64,000 bases of DNA from Tubiluchus corallicola (lineage: Eukaryota; Animalia; Priapulida): assembly GCA_030141605.1 (NCBI GenBank), contig JAQGDQ010000005.1, forward strand, positions 930,180 to 994,179, read 5' to 3'. Position numbers and translations under genes: made by a program. This document shows, one piece after another, positions 15,201 through 26,600 of the stretch. The notes under the pieces are model-generated. The model saw only the letters and a program-made list of their open reading frames with translations. It ran no database searches and had not been told where the DNA came from. Positions within the stretch are counted from its first letter, which is position 1. The number at the start of each line of letters is the position of its first letter.

Positions 15201-15735
15201 TCCTGTATGCTTGATAGTTGGGTATTTTAAATTATGCATGAATTTTTATTAGGCTCTTTATGGTCACAAAATTGCAATTTGTTGCTGGCTCGAAGGGGGC
15301 TTTGCCCCTGAACCCCATAACTCATATTTCCCTTTATTTCTTTGAACAAATTAACTTTTCTAGCTATACATAGCTATTCATTTTGACTAAATTCATCGTA
15401 GTTGGTGCCATACTTAGTGCGCATATACACACCTCGTCTTGCGTGTTGGGACTCACCGCTTTAATATAGGAGTCCGACTTTCATCCAATTCATCTTACAA
15501 CCAATCCTCTAAAACGTACTGTGGTCGTAAGTCGATGTACTGTATCTAAATATCTATCTACCTCTATCTTTTGGGAAGGAATGGCATGTAACTATCAGCC
15601 GAGGGCATCATAATGTCCTAATTTGCCTATTGCTGAGATTTTTGCAGGACACCAAAAATTTTTGGTAGACGACTATTGAATTTTGTTTTCTTTGCAATCA
15701 TATGATACAGATTAGAGGGTTTCTTAACCTACTGG

Positions 15736-15823
15736 ACGCCATAATGGCCGCCAGCCTTCTTGTGTTTCTTCAAGATGGCCGGCGCGTATAGTAGCATCGA
15801 TTATTGTACATAGAATGATGCAT
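15736..15823 (+). promoter_or_regulatory. PPP1R10: Putative PPP1R10 promoter and first exon (two YY1-type motifs, donor at 15824)
   Basis: CpG-enriched patch with CGCCATAATGGCCGCC and CAAGATGGCCGGCG (YY1-like, typical just downstream of housekeeping TSSs), followed by the donor CAT|GTAAGC. Assignment to PPP1R10 is inferred from position. Confidence 0.55.
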
Positions 15824-16749
15824 GTAAGCGAATTCTAATTTTTAGTCTCTATGGCACTACAATAATTTTACTATACATCTAATGACGTTAAGCATGGGGT
15901 TGCTATTAGTGAAAATACAGATAAGCATTAGTTTATCGGCGGGTCACTGCTGCTTATATTTATGAGACTGTGCTGTTTTGCTGAAGTTTTTGCAATGGTT
16001 GTTGTGAGCATGTGGCTAGGCAAAATTGTCGAAGATTTTTGAATTCTGACACCTGGCTTCAGACGCTTTTGCATGGCCGTAGCAGTGCAATAAACAGATC
16101 TGGGTAACTGTGCTTAGTGCTGAGCTTGGGCATCACTCTGCCTCCTTAAATAACAGAACTTAATTCATTAAGCCTCCCATTACATTTAAATTTAAGTTGG
16201 GTTGTTATAAAAAATCTAGACAAACTAGTAGAAACAGTTCATTTACATCAGTAAAATGAGTTTCATTGATGCACTTCTTATGTAATAGTTGGTGGGAAAA
16301 GAAGGATCATGTTTACTGCTCGATTCTAAATGCATAATATTAGTACATTTATTTATTTGCCTGGGTGGGCACCTGAGACTTGCATGTTACAGGCTGAAAT
16401 GGTGACACTTGACACTTCATACTAAAAGCCTAAACCCAATTATCTTGTCATTATCAATAACATAAAAAAGAAAATGGTACTCAGAAATAATTAGTTAATG
16501 TTAATCAAAAGTTGATCTTTTGAATTAGTAAGTTTTCAGTTAGTGCACACACTTTATAATTGTTATTGTAGTTTGTGTGTGGTACACTAAAAAATACAAG
16601 ACCTAATCCATTAGAAATTAGAAACAAGCTAACTGCAACTGTTATTTTATTTTATATGAATATCTTATGATAGTCAAAGCATTTACGGAAACACAGCCCT
16701 CTATCTGTAATAATTTACTGTACGTGACAAGAAAAATTTGCACACAGGG

Positions 16750-17170
16750 ACCAATGTACCCATTATGTAAAGGGTTAAGCCATATATCATTCATTCATTT
16801 ATGTTTAAACAAGATTTTCCGGTTACATTCTTTCATTGATGCTTCAGGAGCTTTGGTGGGCTTGTTTTCCTTTTTTAATGCGAGCTTGTATCTTTGGTGT
16901 AATAGTTCATGTGTTTCTTCATCATTCTCATCAAATCTGGTTTTTATCTGGTTCTACAAGACAAGCAAATGAAACCTCACATGCCTTAGCATTCAGGACG
17001 TTTTAGATGTTTGGTCAGTCAAGGTATTTCTTTCCTTATGGGTGCCTCTTGTGTATGACTTTAATGGAAACTTTGCTTGGATGAGGCAGTGATCACTCCA
17101 ACATTTGGCTCCACATAGCCTCTTTATTATCCTGAATGCCTTATTATTTTTTCTCCTGTTAAACAAATAT
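16750..17170 (-). mobile_element. Degenerate RTE-clade LINE fragment (endonuclease C-terminus and linker)
   Basis: Minus-strand translation across frameshifts gives YLFNRRKNNKAFRIIKRLCGAKCWSDHCLIQAKF...KNQ-FDENDEETHELL...MNDIWL. This resembles RTE ORF motifs (GAECWTDHRLI; HQDWFDENDEEI; MQDSWL). Confidence 0.7.
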
Positions 17171-17612
17171 GAAAATTATAATGGGCAAGTTTTTTTTTAT
17201 ATCACTTCGGTGACACGTAGAAGGGAACAGAACCCATAAGTAACCTATTCGTAATAGTCGTATTTTAATAAACGTTGACACTTGTGCTCCTAGTTTGGTA
17301 CATTTTCAAATGTACGAATATATGTACGTTTATGTAAAAATTGATACTATATTCTAAACAAAACATGGCATATTTTTGCATGTACAAAAATTACTGTATT
17401 ATACTGTAACCGTACTAATAACTGCTGTCAGCTTTATTTATTATTTGACATGCATTACTAATGCGTGCATGGTAATAATACAGTATAATACAACGCGTAT
17501 TAACACGTATTACAACCTAACATGTAACATGTATAACCTAACATGCATGTTGTAAATATACCGGTCATTTCTGATCTAATATGAGAGTAATATTTTTTCT
17601 TTTTTGTTTCAG

Positions 17613-17693
17613 ATGGTAATGTACGCAGCTCTGTAGGGGACTCTTGAAACATTTGTAAATCGATTCCACTCTTCTTAAATTCATTAGAAAATG
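17613..17693 (+). CDS. PPP1R10: Putative PPP1R10 exon 2 (mostly 5' UTR; ends with start codon ATG 17691-17693)
   Basis: Strong acceptor TTTTTTGTTTCAG| at 17612. The exon ends AGAAAATG|GTAAAC, and a phase-0 join to 25830 gives [11 protein letters not shown], similar to the human N-terminus MGSGPIDPKELLK. Confidence 0.55.
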
Positions 17694-20600
17694 GTAAACT
17701 TAATTTCTGTCAACTAGAGTTTGTTTACTAGCACTACTCATTATACAGTGTTTTTAAAATGTCTGAATGCAATACCAGAAATAGTCTTGTTAACCATAAA
17801 CAACATAAATTGGAGTTACACAACTTACATCCAGTTAGAACTAAGTTTTTTATGTTGATTGTAAGTTGATCCTGTTTTGTTCTTGATTTGTAAGTAATTC
17901 TATTTGTTAATGTGGGTTTTTTATGCATGTCTTGTCTTCTGTTTGTTGTATAGATCAGAAACAAAGTCTGGCACTTTTCTGCTTCCTAATTTTCTTAGTT
18001 AATGTAGAAATGTAGAATACTACATGTAGATTTTTTTCATGGATATATTATTTTAAGGTTTGATTGACATTTATTGAACAGGTTCTGTTTTTTATTGAAG
18101 ATATTTTGAATTTTGGCTGCTACTGTAGTAGTTCTAGCTCACTTCTTGATTTTTACTGCTATTCACACCTGATGGCTCAGTTTTAAAAGAAACTTGACAT
18201 GACTTGAAGTGTATTACTTGCTGTAGAATCGCATTAAATTTATAACACTTCCAGAAATTTAATATTGTTAAGTAATTATGTGACATATCTATAATTGGGC
18301 GTTTGTTTGTGTCAGATAGATATTTATTTCAATACTTTTGTTGCAAGAGAGTTTTCTAGAACCTGAGTTCTGGCTGCATTGTCTCAGACTCTACATGGGT
18401 TAGTTGCCATTTAAGATAAATCCATAGTTTGGCCTGTCAGGAGAATGGGGAGATTCCCGGTAAATGCTATTTGATAACAAAATTAATTGTTCAGTTAACG
18501 TGGTAGGCCATCTTTTGTGCCTGTTTCCTAAATAAATTTATGGCATTCTGTAAATGAAGTGATACTGCTGATGTGCTTTTAGCAAGTTGCTAAAGTAAGA
18601 TTCATTGTCACCTTTCACTCCTCATTTGCAGCAGTGTAAATATAATTTGTGATTTGAGTGATATCTGGATTTTAATTGGCTTTAAGCACTTACATTCAGG
18701 AACAAGCTGGGAGTTTCTTTCTGGGAACTAACTACTCATATACTAAATGATTTCTAATGTGGTTTTTATTTTGAAATGGCTTGACCAGCATGCATTGAGG
18801 ACGTGTGTAATTGGAATGTTTGATTGTCCAGTAAACTATGTACTCAAACACCTTGAGACCTGAAGTTTTTTTTTTTCAAATTATGCGTGGTATACAATGT
18901 TCGTAAGAAAACAAGATTGGGTTGTTCATCATCGTCGGACATACACTGCAGTCTGTGAAAATGAAAAACTGGGCTTTTGATCAAATATTTTTTATGAATA
19001 ATCAAAAATAAAATGACTGGTTCCACCTCTTTTGCAGTCTGAGTAGCCTGGTTAATAGAATTCGGCAACAATAATATTGTGATCTAGTTATTAAACCACA
19101 GTCGTTAAGCCATGTTGTGTTCAGCATTCTGCTAAGGCAATACAAGAAATCTTAGCATTTTTGCTGAACTAGTTTGCTGAGTTAAAATCGTAATGTGGTG
19201 CACACTTTCGCGTATCATTTTTCCCTTAGGGGAGGCTGTTCGGGATGGGCAGGGCAATTTCAGTTAGATTCTTTTGAATTGTACGGTTTATTCGATTTGA
19301 GTTACAGATTTCTCGTTACACGATGTTTAGTTAATGAGAAAAATGACATGGAAAATGCATTCCACGAGATCTGTTTGAAATGACGAGTCGAGTTATACGT
19401 AGTTTACTGTAGTAGAATGCTAGGCTTTTTGCAAGTGTTTTCTGAGAGGACAAGCTACTTGACTAAGCAGTTACCTTGTGTTTTAGCACTGCTGACTGTG
19501 CATAACAATTTTATTTATACCAATTCTCTGATTGTTAATCAGTGTCATTTAGTTTAACCATGTTAGATGTTTACAATCTGCATGTAATTTGGTGCAGGCA
19601 AAATGTGCAGAATCTTTTCATGAATATGGATGTAAATTTATTCACAGAATTCAACCATCTTGGATGTTCTACGGCAGTAACTTCATACATCTGTCACAGT
19701 GAGGCAGTGTCAATCGTTTACCTGATCACCGTTTTCCAATAAATGCTGAATTTTTGTTGTAGTTAGTGACTTTAATCTATAACGGCAAGCAGGAAAATTG
19801 AACATTTGCTTGATATGTGTAAAATAATACTGTATTACTGAATAATGGTCACACACATGTACTATTCCACTATTGCCAACAAGTAACTTTCAACATTACA
19901 TTTTTATTAGTGTAAACTTGTTAACCATACCCACACATCAAAACTATTGGCTCTTGTACTAATTTAAAATGTTTGTAAGTATGTAAATCATAGATTAAGA
20001 TTATTACAATTGTAAAAGTAGACAAGTGTAACTGTAACTTATAAAATCTGCAAGAAAGTGTTATTTTGATGCGACTGTCCTAGTCCCCTTTATTCAGTAC
20101 CAAATTTAAAGTTTTGCTATTAATTTGCTTGCAGAGCAGCTATTTCACTTAGCAATAATAATGTAGATGGTGTAATGTCATTTGATGTGGTTTACTTTCA
20201 GGTTTATCGGCAGTGAATAAATTACATTTTTAAAGAATGGCACCGACAGTTGCTGCCGCTCCTTGATTGAATTACATTGATGCAGCAGAGTCTGAAGACA
20301 AGAAAGCGGCTTCAGTGTGCCATTTTTGCTTTTTGATCTCATTGTGTAATTTCTTGTGTCTGTGTGTGTGTGTGAATGAATTAGATTGAACTTGAAATGC
20401 ATTTACTATTGCTGCAATATAGCAAAACTGCGTAATGTACTGATCGAATATGTAATAAGCATTTAAATTAGTCAGTTTTTTACACTGTATATACAGTAAT
20501 GTATAGGGCGTTAAGAAATTGCAGACCCATCAGACTACTGTTACTACCAGCAAATGTAAACAAGTTTTACTTGTTACATTTTTTTTATTATACCTGTTCC

Positions 20601-23600
20601 AAATGTAAACAAGTTTTACTTGTTACATTTTTTTTATTATACCTGTTCTTCTAATTCTTATTGCATCTTATCACGTTCAAATTTTCAATTCAAAAGTTCT
20701 TGAACATGCGTCATGACGCGAATTTAAATAACGGCTAATAGGCTGCAAATTGTGGCAATGTCGGATATTAAAATGTGTTTCTCTTTGAAAATTAATAATG
20801 CCATGTTTTTGTCGTTTTCTTTTTTTGGTTTCTCTTTTCAAAGGTGTGTAGTCAGATGGGTTCAATAATTTTTGGACACCCTTTACTGGTAATTTGTGGA
20901 GCCTTTTTTGTACTTGTGAATATTCTAATTTATGCATACTTTTTATAGTGTTTTACAAAAATTACTTTTCAGGTTTTGTATTCAGGAAAATACTAAAGAC
21001 ACCAAGATATAGTATCATGTTAAGCAGTGCTTAACAAGCCTGCAGGTTGTTTTCAATTGTGGGTAGTGTCTTGTGTTGACACGACGTGGCAGCACGTGAC
21101 TGGTATTGAACTTGCAGTGAACAATTAGTAATTGCAGTAATTACCATTTACTGTACCTGTTATCATTTACTTACACATTATAAATCTATTTTATTCCCAT
21201 CTGCACCTTGCCGTGTATAAGTCCATAATCGTTTAGTGCATGTGGATATACTATGCGAGGTAAGAGTCAGAAATACATTGGTTCGATCATCAATAAAAAT
21301 TACTGATGCTTTTGGTTTGGTCATCACAGCATTTCATACTATCATGTGTTTATTCCAAGGTGATCTTTGGTAAGTACATTATTTTGCAAATAAAATTATT
21401 TTACAGCAAAATTCCGCGTTTCTGTTTTTATAGAATGAAAATGTGAACGTTTGATGTGCGTGTCGTTTCCCTGTGATACTGTGCGTGTTTAATCACTGAA
21501 GTGTGTGTAGCGTAAGTTGTACAGGAAGAAAATGTGTTGGTGTGTGCGAGTTGGGCCACTGTTCGTGTGTGTATTTTTGTCGCTTTAAACGATAGTTACA
21601 GGCAAAGATACGTGTGTATGGCACTCAGTAATATGTGCAAGTATGCTTTTTAATAGTGAGCGTAGCAGGTAAACGAGCTGGCTTCATTAGTTGACGTTCT
21701 ATCCATTCATATGTTTGGAATGTTGCATTAAACGGCTAATCCTGCGAGGGCGTGAATTTGAAAATTAATCTTTTCCTGCGAAATTCATTTTAGTTCTATT
21801 AAAGGTGGCAAATATGGCACACTACAATCTAACCTTGCGACGAATACTGAATACGTTTGTTTATGTTGCTTCACACTTTCCTGTCAATGTCACACTAGAT
21901 TTGTCCATTATTTTGTATTGAATTTGGGTTTTGTTGAACTCGTAAATGATAAAACAAAAAAAATTAGGGGCCAATTTTTTATTTTCCTAACTATGAGCGT
22001 CATCATAATGTGTAAGATAAATGTATGGCATGCGCTACATAACAATGTATTGCATAACACGCAAAATCACAATTGATTGCTTTTCGCTCTGTGTACTGCA
22101 CGTATATGTTGGGGTGGCGGGCATTTTAAGAGTGGTACCAAACGTGTAGCCTATTTAAGTTGTAAATGGAATTATCCCGTTGACAGGCATTTGCTTATTT
22201 ACGTGGGTAGAGAATTTGGTGTCCGATAAGCTTTACATTGAACATATTCCTCTACACTTTCTGTGAAAAAGGGTCAGTTTTCGAAAGTTCGCAAGGTAAG
22301 AACCTGGGAAGCAAATCGGTGTTCCAAAAATTACTGGGTCTAAAGTGCGTTGGGAAAGTACAGTATTTCGCGATCCTAGAATATCCACTTATTGATGGCT
22401 AACCAATTATAACGTCTTGCTTCAGCCGTTCTCAACAAAATGGGGGGGTGGGGGGCTCAGCTTATTTTTCGTTACTCGGTTTTCATAAACAGAGTTTGAT
22501 TGAATTATGATCATGTAGTGTGCTAGACTTGTTAGGTGCGACTGTGGCATTAAAAAGGCTAGAGTGAGTGGATTCGGTGAAAAAATGGCGTACAAAAGCT
22601 CGCGTGCTTGAATTCAAGAGAGAACGATGAGCAGCTTCGCTGAACGTGCTAAGGAGGATTTACGATCATTGACATCGCGTGGGTGGTTAGGTCTTCTTCG
22701 TAGGCGTCGTAGTAAGGAGTGGGTCGTTTTCTGCGTCTCATAAAATACCTGTGGTTGGGGAATTGTTAAAATCCAGGCGTTGATTTATGATTTTTGTGAA
22801 TAAAAGAACGTTTGTACTGTATAATGTCGAGTTTTAGCCCGAACTTGGTTAGATAGGTGCTAGCAGGTAAAAAGCAATTACAGCGTGAACTAAAAGGATA
22901 ATACAATTCTGTGAAATGGGCGCAAGTGAAAGAAGTGAGCAGTCTATTCTCTAATACAGTATTCGATTTCCAGAATTTCGGTGTTTGCTACTCAGTTGTC
23001 ATCTTGTAACTTTTCTTGTTCCTCATATTTGACCTCGAATGTTAAATATCTGTCCTGAAGTAGAAATGAACTTGAGGGAATAATAGTACAGTAGTATTTT
23101 GTACGTAAATTGCTTTGGGAAAAGTGGTGTCGCAAATAAAAACTTAACAGCTCAGTTTGTTGTACTCCATAAAGGGATGAGTCGTCTAGATATGAATTCA
23201 TGTATATTACATTCTTTACAAAAATTGCGCACATTAGTCTGTTTATTTTGGAATCAGTTTTTTACAGCAGACTGTGTGGTACACCCACGCGAAAATTGAC
23301 CACTGATATTCTGCAGTGCACTGTGCTTGTACAAGCGTTAGGGCTTTTGCTGTAGCACTTCACTCACACTCGGTGCAAGAGCACTGGCCCTTAGCTCACT
23401 GCCCTTAAAAACAAGACATATAAAATTTAAGCTTGCTTGCGGTATGTCAATATCCAAAGGTATATTATCGTGACTTTAGTCTAGGCGTACTTAATAACTG
23501 AGAATGTACTATGAGTTATTTAAATAGTCAACGTATTCTCCAAAGGTTGCACTGTCCCTACTTTGGTTTAGTCCAGTTATTTCTACGTAACAGTTCAGTT

Positions 23601-26600
23601 TGCCTTCCTTCGTTTAGAATTTATCTCACTACATGCGTTATTAGCTATTATAATGTATGTAACAAAGTCAGTTTTTGGACATTGCTCATCACATCAGACC
23701 TTCAAATTTGAGCGTAGTAATATAACTCGGTCTTACCGCAAGCTTTTATGAGTTACATCACGAGGTACAAACTTAGTTTGCACAATATGAGTTGATTATC
23801 CAATAAAAGGTCATTGTCATATATATCCTGACTGGTCTCTGTTTTATTGAGTTATAACTGGCAGTAGCCTATTGTATAATATTGTAAATAATGTAATGGC
23901 ACCCTGACCTTGATCTCTGACATTTTGGTCCCAATGTCAAGCTTTCTAAACTGTCAATAGCATGTATAACTATCATGGCCTTGACCTCTGACATTTGATC
24001 GTAAATTTAATACTTCTAGAAATGACAGTAGCATGTGTCTTTATAAAACATTGAAATTAACATTATGCTTACTTGCTGTGGATCTCTGATCTTTTTTATC
24101 TCATAATTAATGGTTTCTAGAACTAGCAGAAGACTGTATTGTACAAAATGCTGATGTTGCTGTCATATCTCTTATATATGACTTACCTCTGATATTTTGG
24201 CAACGAAGTCACTGTTTTGTAGAATTTACACTAAACTATATATGTGCAAAATATTGAGTATAATATTATACCTTTCTTTTTGCTTCCAAAATCAGTGCCT
24301 TGAATTTACCTTAAATTACATGTACACCACTTACTCGAGACTGTGTAACGTCTGTGATATGACACAAGCTGCTAATTATAGCGTAAAAACATTTACCCAT
24401 TGTGCGAAATTGTGCATGCGTTATTGCGTAAATGATTTGCGTTATAGACAACGTAATAGGATGCCGAAAACCAATCGCCTCCTATAGCAAGGCGCTTGCG
24501 AGAAAAAAAATCACGTGGTACTTGTGACTTGTCAGTGAAGTATTAACACTACAGGTTACGTGCAATTGTGAAGTAGTTAATGTGAACTAAAGCGCATTCC
24601 GTTTAAGCTGGATACGCAATAACGCATACGCAGTTCCGATATCTGACAAACGTGGCAAATCCTGGACATGAAGATGCTCAGGTTCCTTGAAGCTGTTGCC
24701 TAAACACGATGTATTGGAATATGTTTGCCATATCGTCATTTAAAACGTGTGACGCTATCTATTGACACACCGCACAAGCACAGTGTTCATCAGCTCAGTG
24801 CGTTTTGTGTAAAGTGTTTTTGTGTAGATCAAGACCTTTCGTTTGGTGTACAGATCGTCAAAACTTGCAGCGGTTGTAATTACATATCTGCAGACAGATA
24901 ACTAGTAAATCACAGTATTATTTTTTATAGTGACACATTATAAACAATAATTACAAAAAATGTTTCAAATATTAAAGTTACATTTTTATGCAGGTTGGCA
25001 CCCGGCAAGGCCTGTTCAATGTAGATGGTTGTGGCATGACTAGAACCTCTCATTATCAGGGATAATTGTAATCTTCTAAGATGAGACACTAAATCGTCTA
25101 AATTATCAGATACGTATAAATCCTGCTTCAACTAGGTAAATAGGCCCTGGCAATCGCAAACGAAACTGCGTGAGAAGGATATTCAAACCCGATAGTCGCC
25201 CATTCATTTGCTAAACAGGCATTAGTAAACAAGCAACTTTTTTTCTTTTATATTTATAAGCATGGGAGGAAATAAAAAGTTAAATTACCTAGTAAAAAGT
25301 TTAAGTTTTGAATAGGTTAAGACAAGTGCTGAGAGAAAATAATTTCTAATTTTGAATATAATTGAAACATAATATGAAGACGTTTCTGGCTTTGTCTTGT
25401 GGTATTTAAGTTTATTCCATCATTGTGTTGGCTAGTCTTTATTAATTTGGCTTTATTAATTTGTGTTCCTTTTCATTTTTATACTTTATGTCTTTGGAAT
25501 TCATTTTGTGAAGACAGTTTGTTTTGTTTTGTTTGTGTTCTTTTTGTGAACATGCATCCATTATTTGTTTTGATAATATATACAAATTTTCCATGTTGCA
25601 ATGTTACAATTTGTAAAAAATAATCTCAATAGTGATCAGCAGAAAATAATAAGCAACACATAGGTAATGCAACAATTTTTATCTGGATTTCTTTAAGCTG
25701 ATACATTTCACACAAAAGTGTTTACACAGCATGTTAATATAAAGTGTAGCCTGCAGCAGCAACTAACATGTTGATTTGCATCGTGCTTAATTATTGCTTA
25801 ATGATGCATTGCGTATTTATTTATTTTAGGCTCCAGTGGATCCTCTGGCACTACTAAAGGCAATATCACCATATCTTGGTCCAAGTGGCAGTATTAAAAG
25901 CATGAATGATGTTATTCGTGTTATAAGGTATAATAGTTTTCAGCTTATAACAAAACTGCTGCAGTGAATAGAGGAAGTTATGTAGTCTGTATAAGAACTT
26001 TCTGTAAATAATTAGGTCTATGGTGAAAGTAAAGTGCTCACTGATAAGCTGCAGTTTTTTTTTAAATGTTGAATATTGGTTACTACAGGGTGAATGTATG
26101 AACCCACAATTATTGGAGTTAACAACCTTTATTTGAATCAAGAGCTTTTACAGTTGAAGGAAATTTGAAAAAAAAAATCAGGAAGGTCCCTGGATCAATA
26201 TTCAAATCCATCCTCTATTTTAAAATTAGGATTATGAATCATATCTTTCGTGATCTAGATGACACTTCAAATACTAAATCCGCAGTAAGTGGCATTGCCA
26301 TGATTGTGACTACATTAGCTTTCTTGTCCTACAGCACTAAAAAATTGTAAAACTAGAATATTTTTGTACGTTTTTTGTGCTACATAAACCACATAAATAA
26401 TTTTGAGAAATACTTTGTTGCCAGACAAGTGACTTAAAAAGTTATTTCTTTTGTTTCCAAAAATAGGGCAAAATGCTTTCTTTTATAAACTGGCAAGAGA
26501 TTTTTTTTAACAAATAACAGGTGATAGTAACTGGATTGTGGTTTTGTGTTTTGTAAATGTGTGATTTATAAGTTAGTTAAATGATAAATGTTTTTATGTC

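Noticed and set aside
159-15700. Numerous 60-115 aa ORFs in the supplied track
   Set aside because: No recognisable domains or consistent exon chain; expected by chance in AT-rich non-coding DNA.
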